Position numbers and translations under genes: made by a program. The notes under the pieces were generated by a model. That model was not told where the DNA came from. It saw nothing but the letters and a program-made list of their open reading frames with translations, and did no database searches. DNA of 63,916 nucleotides, the filler included. It is 12 parts of 12 records of this genome, joined end to end, with 100 filler letters (N's around TTAATTAATTAA, not from the genome) between each part and the next. Parts side by side here need not be neighbours in the genome. Positions count along the whole stretch, not along the records: positions 1 to 11,194 come from SRR7504441_15141; positions 11,295 to 17,054 come from SRR7504441_15151; 10 more parts are not named here. The stretch is one strand, 5' to 3'. Shown piece after piece: positions 1-12,174 of the stretch. The stretch's first letter is position 1; each line of letters opens with the position of its first letter.

Positions 1-3000
1 GATCCTGATGTGTTATTGGAATGTATTCTGAGCCTTGTTGCAATTCGCTGTCGACTTCAAGCCACTCAGTGTGCCATAGAACCTTCATTCGTTCTTGCTG
101 CTGATTGCGCTGCCAGTCCAATTTGCCTGTTGGCAGACAAATCACAGCAGCGCCTACCATCTCACATATCAGGCTGCCTGTGTCGTCGTATACGTTGATG
201 TCACCATCTTGCATACATTGCGACTGTACTGGCTTTGCGAAAGTTTTAGCCAAGGCTGTGAGCCTACACTCATTTAACCCCGAAAACACGTATGGCCGGC
301 CTCCGTGCAATCCATCTTGCAGCACTATTGCCTGGCCACACGCATCAGTGGATGCGATGCACTGCGTGGAGTGATGCTCGCAATGATCCAGGTCGCCCGA
401 TGGTGCACTCGAATCATTTACTCTCACTAAAAGACCATCCTGGTCATCTGATGCCCCGATCGTCTGTACTATTCTAAACCCCCCTCGATAGTCATTGCCA
501 ACGCTGGCATAAAATGCAGAGCCGCTGAGAACGATTGCGTCAGCCGAGGCAGAACTATGTCTTATTGCTCCATGAGGTTTCCCAGAACTTGAGCGCACAA
601 GCATGGCTGCGTGGCATTGCAGAGTATCGCTTCCGTGGAAAGACAGCACCTCAAATGAATCGGTACTCAGGTTCATCTGGGATCGAACGGTTGGCGTCGT
701 GCTTGAATTGTCCAGAAACAGAAAGTCTGTGATTTCTATGTCGGTCACAGTCAGGTCTTCTGTCGCTGACGGCCCAGCAAGCGCAGCAAGCTGGAAAAAG
801 TAAGCACCTGGTGTGACAGGAGTACGACCCACGCAATGGTCGGCCATGAACATCATTGTGGTCTGTGACCAAGTGTATTGCCAAACGGTTACTTCGCCGC
901 TCGGCACTTGCATTGTCCCCAGTACAGGCCACTCTTTGCTTTCTGAACTCTCCCACCATGAAAATGCCATGCGCTTAAAGCGCAAGCCTGGTCGAGCAGA
1001 ATGCTGTTTTGTGCTTAATGTGCTCTCCAGAATCATGTGAGCGTTTGTCCCTGTGTAACCGAACGAACTGGTTCCGAGACGCACGCCATTGAGCATCGAA
1101 ATCTGCGATGAAAGCAGGCCGCCAAAATCTAGGATATCGAGGAAAGGGTTGGGCACTTTCAGGTGGAGGTTGCTCGTCAAAACCATATTTTGTATCACAG
1201 ACGCAGTTTTAAAAATGCTGACGGCTCCTGCTGCGATCTCCAGGTGACCAAAGCACGACTTCAGAGCTCCAACTGTCCATGGGTGCTGCCAAGAAGCGCT
1301 GTCAAAGACCTGACGAAGTGCTCCCATTTCAATGGGGTCACCTAATTCTGTCCCAGTCCCATGTGCTTCCACACCGTGTGATTCTTCACCAACTAAATCG
1401 ATGGCCTTCCAGATGACATTCTGCTGAGAGGGGCCATTGGGCGCCATCATGCTAGCACTTCTTCCATCTTGATTGATGGCAGAGGCCCTCAGCTGGACGC
1501 CGGCTCTGTTGCTTTCGATGACAAGCGATACGCAGCCTTCGCCTCGCCCAAACCCATTAGCGCTTGTGTCGAATGTCTTACACTGACCATCGGGTGAAAG
1601 GGCATGCACGGCACATAGAGCCGTCCACACCCAAGTTCCACACTCAAGCATCACTCCTGCACACGCCATTGCACTGCAGGTCCCAGCCTTCAAGCCGAGA
1701 TGCCCGACATCGAGGGCAACCAGAGAAGACGAGCATGCTGTGTCGACAGTCATGCAAGGGCCGGTCATTCCAAGAAGATACGACAGGCGACCAGAGGCGG
1801 CAGCTGGATGCTTTCCGTGAGCAGTGTACACGTTGACTACGCTATCCATTGGTTCCCAGCCGCAGTACGAGTAGCCAATGCAAATCCCAATACTAGAGCC
1901 ATGAAGTGCACTCTGACTATGTCCAGCAGAGCTGAGTGCCTCATATGTCGACTCAAGAAGTATACGCTGCATAGGATCAGTATTCATCACTTCAGTTTTG
2001 CCCATATTAAAAAGCTCTGCGTCGAACATCTCTGCACCACAAACAAAGTGACCTCCAGCTACATAGAGTGCAGCCTGGGTCTGCGAATCGCATCGTGAAC
2101 CAGGTATACTTGCAAGACTGCTATCTGATGACAAGAGGGAAAGCCACGTTTTGGATGACTGTCCGTTGTCTGGAGTGCGGCTGTGAGCCCCAGTAAGGGC
2201 AACAGCTACACTTGAAACTGGTTCTGTCGCGGAGGTTACTTTCTGGGGGGCACGCCGTGAGGTGCTTGTGGAAGAGCGGATGTAGTTGATGATTGCATAC
2301 GGCGTAGGATAATCGAATACTAGCGTTCGTGGTAGACGAGGTGCAGACGGACCGAGAGCTTCTTGCAAGGAATGGCTCAGCCGGACTGCACCCAGTGAAG
2401 TGACACCAGCTTCAATCAACGACAAAGAAAGTGGTATATCAAACCCCGTAAACTCTTGTATGTGCGCAAGAACTTCCATGGCTGTACTGTCTTCATTTAA
2501 GCTCTCAGACGAGGTTGGGCTGTCATCTAGGCTTAGCTGACCATGATTCTGATCTGTGTCGAGTTGAGACGGACCCCCGTCTGGCCATTCAGCTAGTATA
2601 ACGATATCGTGAGGAACCATATGCTGCGGGAGATGGGCTTTGCATTTCTCTAGAAGTTTGCTTCGTGTAGTAACCCAAGTACTACCTGTGCTTCCTGGCG
2701 TATCCACAAATCGCCCCCTTGTATCCATTGGGTATGGAGGAATCGAGTCACAACGAGTCTTTCCCATCTCTTCGACAAACTTGGAACTTACCATGTCAAT
2801 GAAAGACTTCACGTCAGGAAACTTGGTCAACAAGATTCGCTTCGCTCCAGTCAGCAGGCTGTCGACAAGACGTGCGAGTTCAGGAATGTCTTCGTAGTCC
2901 CATTGCTGCTCGATCCAAGTGCACAGCACAGAAGAACTTGACTGCCATCGTGTCATTGCTGCTTTGAAAACGTGCGGGTTTCTCATCATCAGTAGCTGCA

Positions 3001-6000
3001 TGCGAGAAACCATTCGTGCAAGCATAATGTTGGAGAAGGACCCGCCTTTTGGAGTCACATGCATCAAGCTTTGTCGGAATACCTCTGGGTTCTCTAGATG
3101 TTGACGTTGGTGCAGTTGGTATTGTGGATCACAAGTAAAAGTGCACGCGGGACTTTTGTTCAAGAAAACAAAGTTACGTGTATCAAAGCTTGGCATGATT
3201 CCTTTCAGATCTGGTAATTTCCATCCAATGCACTTGATAAAAACATCACAAGCTAGAGTATCACCGCTTCTTTTGAGCACTACGCTGGGAGGGGATGAGA
3301 TACAAGCGTCCACAGCGTCTTTGCGCACTCTCAAAAGGCCAACCCGGTGGGCTCCAAATATGAAGTCGGAGATTGAGGGTTGTGCACACGTTTCTCCCGA
3401 CATGAAATGGCCCATTGCCTCTTCCCCGAGGGCATCTGATGTCATGCCAGCCCACTCCTTCCATCCTTCGTAGATCTCCTCAATCTGTCCAAATGGTATT
3501 CCACCTAATGAGGTGAGATAGTTCACCACACGTGGCCAGACTTGAAACCCACGTCGAAATAGCAGAGTTGCATGTGCAGCACCGTGCGTGAGGACAATAC
3601 GCACATTCTCCGTAGCAAATGCGCCATTACCGACTATTATAACCCGTTTGCCATCAAGCCGTGTGGTGTCAATGTCTCCGCACGTTCCATAACCCACTTG
3701 CGTGCCTGACACGGCTTCAAACTCAGCTTCACCTGGCCAAACCAATTGACGGGGCACGTGCTGTGCTCCAATGGCTACGAAAATTCCACGCGCAATTATT
3801 GTGCAGACTTTGTTCGTTTCGACATCACAAAACGAAATTTCCACGCGCGGCGTGTCAAATGTATTGTCGCAATGAATGTTTGTCACTTCCCTGCCATAGG
3901 AGATCGTTTCATTGAGTCCTTGCTGTTCGATGAAGCTAAGGCCATGCTCCACCAGACTTTTCTGCGGAGTGTAATCGGGCAGGTTGGATGCAGGAAAGAA
4001 ATGATACGTAGTGGACGTCACAGCAACATGAGAAGATGGGTTGGCAGCAGCAGTAGTTTGCCAACACCCCAGGGGACACATTCGCTTCTCGAGCACACGC
4101 ACAGATAATCCAGCTTGCTTGAATTCATCAGCAGCTACAAGACCCAGATTCCCGGCACCAACCACTACCATGTCTACATCAAATCCATCCAAGGGTTCGA
4201 AACCAGCACCGATCTCGCTTGTAGAGGTAGATGAACAGCCGAGAAGCTCATCTCTTCTTGTGGAATCTTTGATCTGAGCTTTTACTTGCTCTAGCGCGGT
4301 TTGCATGATGGGCTGTTGCTGTACAACAACATAAGCCCGAATCTGTTTCTTACCACTTGCCTCGTGTTTGCTAATGTAAACATCATTTACACCCGGTACT
4401 TGCCTAATGATCCTATCGACCTGTTCGAACGAAGCAGGACAAGTGGGACGATTGGACTTAACGTGAAGCGCTGCGCGATCGATTTTCCCAGAAACAGTCA
4501 TCGGCCACGCACTCAAGGTAGACACAATAGACGGAACCATGTAGACTGGCAGAACATCAGAACAGCGTTCCCTTATGGCTTTGATGTCAACATCCTCAGG
4601 AACAACAAAGGCTTCCAGCCGATCGTTGCCTGATTTCGTGTGATGCATTCGGACTATGGCCCCTCGAACTTCGTTCACTTCTCGAATCACGGCTTCGATT
4701 TCTCCGGGCTCAATGCGCTGGCCATGAAGTTTAAGCTGGAAGTCCATCCTGCCGCAATACTCTAGCTTACCACTTGTTGACCACCGTACACGGTCGCCTG
4801 TACAGTACATTCGTTCGAGCTGCCCTGATTCATGTGCAAACGCTCTGACGGACGCATCTGGCGCATTGACATATCCGCGCGATAGATGCACACCTCCAAG
4901 CATAAGCAAGCCCATGACGTTGCATGGCAGGGGCAATCGGGTCACTGGATCCAACACAAGACAGCAGACATTAGGCAATGGATCACCAATTGTGATGCTG
5001 GCTGATGACCCAGTGTTGTCCAGCTCGTCACTCATGCACACGCCGCTAGCATACGCAGCTGCTTCAGTTTGGCCATACAGATTCCAAATACGTGAGCCAG
5101 CAAAGGATTGTTCATTCGAAATCCGACTGGCCATCTCGAGGCTGACTGATTCCCCGCTGAGAACTAGATTGCGTAAGGGCAAACAGGCTTCCTCTCGCCA
5201 ATGCTCAAGCAAGAAACTGCACAGGGAAGGCACAAAAGACGCGTGGTCGACAACATTATGAGTCAAGATGAGATGCAGCCTGCTGGGGTCCATCAGAATA
5301 TCTGGATTTGGAATCACAAGTTGAGCACCCATGGTCAGACTGGCCACCAGCAACAAAGTACAGTCAACAAAGGTATAGGTTGTCGCGTGAAGCACGCAAT
5401 CCACAGAAGTGATGCAGAGCTTAGAAGTGACGCCTGAGGCTGAAGACATCAACGAACTGTGTTCCAATGCTGCAGCTTTCGGTGCTCCGGTTGAACCACT
5501 GGTAAAGATCACACAGGCGACATCTGCAGATGAAGTTTGGGCAGAAAAGACCCTTTGATTACGATCTGGTGCAGTGGGACAAATCTCGATGACCAAAACT
5601 TGCACAGCTTTCATTGATGAGAGCTTCTCCACAAACTGCTGCTGAGCCAAAATCAGACTGCATTCGCATTGCTGGAACATGTAAGCTAGCCGTGGTTCTG
5701 GGAACTTAGGATCCAATGGTACGTATGACATTCCTGCACGCAGGATGCCAATCATACCCTGGACTTCACGAAAACTTTTCTCGGTCGTTAAGCCAACAAT
5801 GGCCCCTGGCCTTGACGCTGTGCAGCAGCGTGATGCGAGCTGAGACGTTAAGCTTTCCAAGTGAGAGTATGTGATATGTTGAGCTCCATTCAAAGCAACA
5901 GAGAGCCCTGGGCAGAAGCAGTTTTCTTCGAATCCTCCATGAACCGTGCTGGAGGCAGATAAAGGCGCAGCCGTGGCAGTCCACCGTGACAGGATTCCGG

Positions 6001-9000
6001 CATCGGTCTCTAGCATCGCGGGAATGAGAGAGAGAGGCCTGCCAGGTGCTGACGTGACGGCTGTGTTGAATTCGTCAAGATAGCGAGCTAGACGTACCAT
6101 CGAAGACGGCGCAAAAATCTCGGAATTGTAACAGATTACCCCACAGAGTCCCTTCCCAGAAATAGGGGACACATACAGCTCAATTTCGAATTTCAGAAAG
6201 CCACGATAGGCCTCAGCCCAAGGTTGTAGAAACCTGTGAAGAGCCGCCTGCACACCAACCGGGTCATGGCTTCATTCAAAATGACACACCTCTGTGTCGT
6301 CGCAACAAGGCTCGGGCTGAAGGCCATCCATTGCACATTCAGAGTTGCTCCAGCCTGAAGCAATCCAATTCAAGATTGCTTGACACAGGAGTGGACGATC
6401 GCGATAGCGATGCTTTGGATCCAGCACGGCGTAGACCACCTCAGCAAAGGGAGTCTCGCCGTGGTCAAGGGACGCTAGTGTTGCCTCAGCAGCGTTCGCA
6501 ACTGTGTATCGAAAGCATTGCTCTTGATGGAGATGAAGGAGGACAGGAACAGTATTCACAAAATATCCGACCACGTCCCTCAAGGCTGGATGGCCCCGAT
6601 TGACAAAATGCGTGCCTACCACCACAGAGTGTTGTGCGCCGAATCTGCAGAGCACTGTGGACCAGAGTGCCAGCACACCATGCATCAAGCTAGCATTCCC
6701 TGCCATACAGAGCGCTTCGAGGTTGCTTGATGCCCTGATTCGTATCTCTACGAAATCTGAGTGCCCTCCAGGCGTTGAAGGCCGAGAAAAGTCTGTCGGC
6801 AGTTGTAGCACTGGTGGGTCTCTCAGGTGTGACTGCCACCACGCTAGCTGCTCTTTGAGTTGATCTCCCTTTAAAAAGTATGAGTGTTGCCAAGTCGTGT
6901 AGTCGGCATATTGAACAGCAGGTTCGAGCAACTTTGGCTCCTCGCCGAAGACGAGACTGTTGTAAGTATCGCTCAGATTTTTCCGCAGCCATAAGGCTGA
7001 GACCCCATCCATAGCAATATGATGCATGTAGAGACCGATAAGGTGAACTGGTTCACTTTGCATGTGAATGATTGCCAAACGTACTGCTCCTAACTCAAGA
7101 ATGAAGGGGGTTTGCATCTCTCCCAACAAAAGCTGTAACATCCATGGGACATCAGACACGACATTTTCCCTGAAAGGTGCACTCCACGAGAGATCTGTAC
7201 AAGCTGTGGGAAGCATATCGTTCTCATATTTGTAATGAGTCCGTAAGACATGCTGTACCTGTGAACAGAGCTCTAGGGCATCCACCAATGCGCTGGTGTG
7301 TAATGAGCCTCTCACCCAGTCGAGCCACACTGGCTGACTGTAGGTTGACGAGCTCTTGTCCATCTCATAAAGCGCCCACAAGGACTGCTGTTGGTAAGAC
7401 AGCAACTGTGGCTCGGCAGAGTCCACCACGCGCACTAATTCTGGCCCCTGTGTATCGTAGACCCTGGGAGAGTGGCTAGCCGAGTCGATCATACCGATCT
7501 GGCTGGCGATGAAATCTACGATAGCCGATGCAGTAGGATAGTCAAAGACGAGCGTGCTCGAAATCTTGACAGCCGAGCCAAAGTCATGCTGGAGAGCACT
7601 ACGGAGCTCTACTGCCTTTAACGAGTTCACTCCGCTGGCCATCAAGGGTGCGTCTGCACTGGCACTTGTCCCAATTATCTGCTCAACTCTCTGAAGCACG
7701 GTTTCTTCGATCAACTTATGAAGGCCCTTTCCTTCTGGATTAGCTATGCTTGCGACCAGTGCTGTACAGCTGTCTTTTTCAAGGTTCCTGCTTTGTTGCT
7801 GTTTCATGGTGCGAGCAAGCAAGCTTAGAACTGCTAGAGCGGGACGGTGGGTCCTGAGCAGTACAGGCCAGTGTAGGGGAACAAATGCAGTGACCGGGGA
7901 CGTGGTACAAAGTGCAGTCCGCAAAGCACGCATCGCTTGGTCCTCAGTCACACGTCCTAGTCCATGTTCAGTAAAATGAGCCACACCTGCCTGCCCAAAT
8001 ATATCAGCTCTTGCCCAGACTCCCCACTGGATACAAGCTGCGGGAAGTCCGTCACTGGATCTTAACCTTGCAAGCGCATCCAGAGATGCACTGGCCGCAG
8101 CGTGGCTGGCTTGTCCTGAAATACCGATCGACGCCGCTATCGAGGAAAATAACACAAAAATCTGCAGACTAGCGCATTCACCACTAGCCTTGTGCAGGCT
8201 CCATCCAGCGTGTGCCTTTGGCAACCACACGTTCTGTATGCGTGCCTGTGTTTGCTTTGTTATAGCCGCATCTGTGAGGACACCGGCCGTGTGCACCACG
8301 CCCGCTGTCCTGGTGCCTTCTCGTTCAAGCGTTTTGTGCACCTCCTCAGTCTCTCTGATGTCGCACAGCTCCGTCATCAAACTGGCCTGCGTTGACCCGG
8401 AACCAGAAAGCTGCTGCCAAGACTGCGCAGAGTCTGAGGCTGTCACCCCGAGTCCCAGGAGCACCAGTTCGCCAATGCCATATCGCACGAGCCAGTTGGT
8501 CACACACAGACCCAGCGGACTGGTTCCGCCGGTCACGATACAGCTGACTTGCATGCTGTTAGCTCTCCATGCCGTGCCGCCGTTCATACTTACCACCACC
8601 TTGCCAATGTGACTAGCCTGTTGCAAGAACCGGAATGCTGCTACCCCATTGGCAAGTAGATCGAAGGCATGACTCGGCAGAGCTTGAGTTTCACCTTGAC
8701 TCGCTGATTGACGAAGCGAGGTGAGGACGCCCTGGACCCACCACTTATCATCAAGGGTGCGAAGGTCAAGCCGTACGACTTCATAGGCCAAATCCGGCCT
8801 CAACTGTGCGGTTCGGTGCACAGTCCATACGTCCCTTTTACCCAGCTCGATGAACTTTCCGCCCGACCGAAGTGCAACCATGGATGCCGGAATGTATGTT
8901 CCATGTGATAGGCTGTTGAGCACAGCATCTAGCTGGCTGGGACCCATCATATATTGTATTGACGCCTCAAATCGATGTGCATTGCGAGTAGTACTAATAA

Positions 9001-11194
9001 GGTTGACACCTAGAGATCGCAGGAAGTGCTGTTTGTCGAGGTGGCCAGCTGTTGCATAGACGCTGAAGCCGCCTTGCACGGCACGGCACACTGCGAGGAG
9101 TCCAACTCCACCCGTTGCAGCATGGACTAGAATGGAGCCACCAGCTCCCAAAGCAAAATACTCTTCGAGCGAGGTAAACATGGTCGACCACGTGCTCGGC
9201 ATTGTGCTTGCTGACTCGTAAGTCCAGTCCGTAGGCTTGGTAGCAAGCATTGCAGCATTGGCTGTACTGAAAGAGGCAATGCCTGAAGCAAGTCCAAATA
9301 CTTGACTCCCAAGGTCATGCAACTGACTTGAAGACTGTACAACTATTCCAGCGCAGTCACTACCTGGTCTCTCATCTGCCTGAAGCGCAGGAGTTAATCC
9401 CATAACAAGCAACAAGTCGCGGAAGTTAAGTCCAACAGCCAGGGTTTGGAGGACAATTACACTGACTGAAGGAGCCTTGACGAGCCTAGATTGTAGGTCC
9501 ACTGTTAGTGCATTGACAGAGCCTTTGTTGCGCGGACAACAGAGCTCCACTGGTCTCCTGGTCGTGCAGATAGCAGTATTTTGTAGCCGTGGCACCAGGC
9601 GAGCTCCATCCTTTTTCAAGGCTACCATGTCGTCATCCAGATGGGCATGGTCCATAGTTGCAATCAACTCGGCCACACGTGATGCAATGCAGGCTTCCTC
9701 GATCGAAATCAGTAAGCATTGACTGAGGCAGCTCTCAACAGTAATAGTTTTGACCAGGCCGGAGAGTCCAATGCCAGCGTGCACTCCAGTATAGGTGCGA
9801 TACACTATCCACAGAGGAATAGTGGTTGACAGAAGTGACTGCACCGTACGTAGGGCGTTGCAGATGGAGGAAAAGGCCTTGGAGTGGTCACTGCATAGGA
9901 GCAGCACACCATCAAGGGGGCTACCTGCTTTGAGCTCCTGCACGTTGGGCTTATCTGGGGATATGCACAGCACAGTGTGTGGTCCTAGCATCGCTTGCAA
10001 GTCAAAGTGCCAATCTGTATCGTCTAGAGCGTCTAGGCTGTATACAAGCACGCGGTGGAACTCTTGGCGCGCGTTCTCGAGGGGCTTCAGAGCCTCCCAA
10101 ACGACGTCATAGAGCTTTTCTTCACGCACTACGTCGCTTTGTAGTGGTCCGGAGTCAGTTATACAGTGCTGCCAGCACGGTTGTAGGACCGAGCTATAAT
10201 GGCAGCCCGCAAGAGCAGGCATGCTCAGAACTAGGTGAGCATTAACACCACTCACAGCATGCGCATGGATCGTGAGGAGAGAGGGCTTGTTGCTCTGCTC
10301 TCGGGGCACCGTAACCGGCTCTGATGGCACAGTGACACTGTTGCCGCAGAGCATGTCAATAGGCCGAGCAAGGTGAAGCACAGCAGGAGCCTCACTAGCG
10401 GTACAGCATACCTTCAACAGAGCAAGTATGCCAGCCGCTGTGTAGGTGTGTCCGGCGTTTGCCTTGTATGAACCAGCGACCAGAGGGAGCCGTTGGCTCT
10501 GATCAGCTCCAGCAATACTGCTGAGCACAGCTCCCATTTCCACAGCATCTCCCAAGCGGGTGCCCAGCCCATGCATTTCAGTATAAGCCACTCGAAAACT
10601 AGAAGCTTGTGCATTTTGCAACGCCCCTGAAATCACCCTCTCCTCGGCATCTTGGTCAGGTTGTCCAGGCTGCAAGCTTGTATCATCAAAATTCGTATCG
10701 GAGCCAAGGATGGCAACTTTCGCTAAAGAGCACACGTCACTGAGGCGAAGCAGCATACCACCACAGGCTTCACCTCGAACGAGCCCATCCGCATCCTTAT
10801 CAAAGGGACGTGACTTGCCAGAGGGGGAAAGGATGCCAAAGCCATCGGTGACCATGCTTGTTTCTGGGTTTAGCAGCAGCAAAGTGCTACCTACAACGAC
10901 AGTCCGTGCCATTTGCGATCGCAGGACACTGCATGCACGGTGTGTTGCTACATGGCTGCTGGAGCATATTGTGTTGATGTTCTCAAAGTGGCCACAAATT
11001 TTGAACAGATTTGCCATTCGACGTGGTGCCATAACTTCATATGATGCATGCTGTCTATAGTCGGTGGAAGTCACTGATGTGATGATGGCTGCATGACGAA
11101 ACTCAGGATCATGAAGGCCACAACCTGCATCAGAAATTGCTTCCATCAAGACTTGGGATAGTACACAATCTGTAGGATCTAGCATCCGTGCTTG
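1..11194 (-). CDS. Hybrid AT-less type I PKS-NRPS, partial at both ends: KS-(psiKR)-ER-KR*-ACP-C-A-(Asub/FMO)-ACP-KS-DH
   Basis: One reading frame from 11194 to 2, broken only by a TGA inside a 42-nt GT-AG intron (6248-6289). Motifs: KS1 NTICSSS/HGLGT/GHTY; ER GLNFRD, HAATGGVG, HIGKVV; KR VTGGTSPLG, AGVLTD; ACP GVNSL..VFDYPT; C domain HHIAMDG (~7000-7030); A domain YVPLDP, IFTSGSTGAPK (~5480-5510), NLYGQTE, YCTGD, GRMDFQLKLHGQRIEPGEIE, GKIDR (~4475-4490); FMO GAGNLG (~4142-4160), GNGAFA (~3613-3632); ACP GVTSL..VFDYPT (~2290-2450); KS2 DTACSSS (~1725-1745), HGTGT, GHLE; DH DHCVGRTPVTPG (~805-843) and DACGQ. Confidence 0.95.
6248..6289 (-). other. 42-nt spliceosomal intron in the PKS-NRPS C domain
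   Basis: GTGTGT...ATGAC...GTGCAG, phase 0, contains the in-frame TGA. Its size matches the other introns in the window and removing it restores the open frame. Confidence 0.8.
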
Positions 11195-11294
11195 NNNNNN
11201 NNNNNNNNNNNNNNNNNNNNNNNNNNNNNNNNNNNNNNTTAATTAATTAANNNNNNNNNNNNNNNNNNNNNNNNNNNNNNNNNNNNNNNNNNNN
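11195..11294. other. Artificial contig-joining spacer (first of 11)
   Basis: N-run/TTAATTAATTAA/N-run, 100 nt. The same spacer occurs at 17055-17154, 20178-20277, 23837-23936, 29190-29289, 32941-33040, 37740-37839, 47086-47185, 51237-51336, 55458-55557 and 60798-60897. Confidence 0.99.
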
Positions 11295-12140
11295 CGCCTC
11301 GCACAGCTCAGCGAGCTCTTCAATAGGGTCGACCACACCATGCGGGAAGCTGGGCGCAGAGGCGTACACCGCCACCGTCCGCGGGCAGATGGCCTTGGCC
11401 ACCGCCGCCGGAGGCAGCTGCTGGGTGGCCGGGTCGGCCGGAAGCTTGAGTAGTTCTATCCCGAAGTAGTGGCATGCCTTATCCAACGCGGGGTGCGCCG
11501 TGATGCAAGCAACCACCTTGGGCGCCTCCACCCCGCGGGCTAGGGCCTGCTGCCGGTAGGCGTGCATCGCGATCAGGATCGACTCGGTCCCGCCGGACGT
11601 CAGCAGCCCGACCGCCCCCCGGTCGGCGCCGTGGAGCAGATCGACTGCCATTGCAACGATCTCGGCCTCGAACTTTCTGACAGACGGGAAGGTGCCGGGG
11701 TAGAGCGCGTTGGAGTGGTTGAACTGCTCGAACATCTCGCACTGGACCGCCTGCAGCCCGGCCCGCCCGGCCCCCTCCCGGTAGTCGTGGTACACCCCGC
11801 CCCACTTGAGTCCAGACTCGAACCCGGTCTCCTTGGCCTTCAGCTTCTTCACCAGCCCCCGGAGCGCGCGCGGGGCCAGGCCGATCGACGGGATCCGGGT
11901 CACCGCGTCGGGGTCGCCCGAGCCGAGCATGTTCCTCTCGATCCCGGCCACCTCCTTGGCGAGTGCCCCCGCCACTGGGTTAGCCGCCGCGGGGAGGCTG
12001 GCCGCGGCTTGGACCAGCAGCCCCAGGACCGACTTGAAGGCCCCCCGGATCCCGCGCCGCCGCAGCCACTGGAGCCCCCGGAGCACGTACCAGACCGCCA
12101 CCGCGTTCGAGAAGAGACGCCAGGCCCTCGCCGTCGGCAT
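11295..12140 (-). CDS. SGPL1: Sphingosine-1-phosphate lyase (PLP-dependent), 3' partial
   Basis: N-terminal hydrophobic anchor; motifs GGVYH, NALYPGTFPSVRKFEAEIVAM, TSGGTESI, TAHPALDKACHYFG, SAPSFPHGVVDPIEEL. Confidence 0.92.
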
Positions 12141-12174
12141 TGTTTTCCGTTACGTTTCACTGCGTCCGCGCGAC
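12141..12174. promoter_or_regulatory. 34-nt bidirectional promoter region containing CCGTTA (12147-12152)
   Basis: Lies between divergent ATGs at 12140 (-) and 12175 (+). It carries the motif that recurs upstream of many other genes in the window. Confidence 0.55.

Noticed and set aside
6272-6274. TGA recoding (Trp/Sec) in the PKS-NRPS
   Set aside because: The TGA lies within a typical 42-nt GT-AG intron. Trp is encoded by TGG throughout, and TGA terminates other genes.
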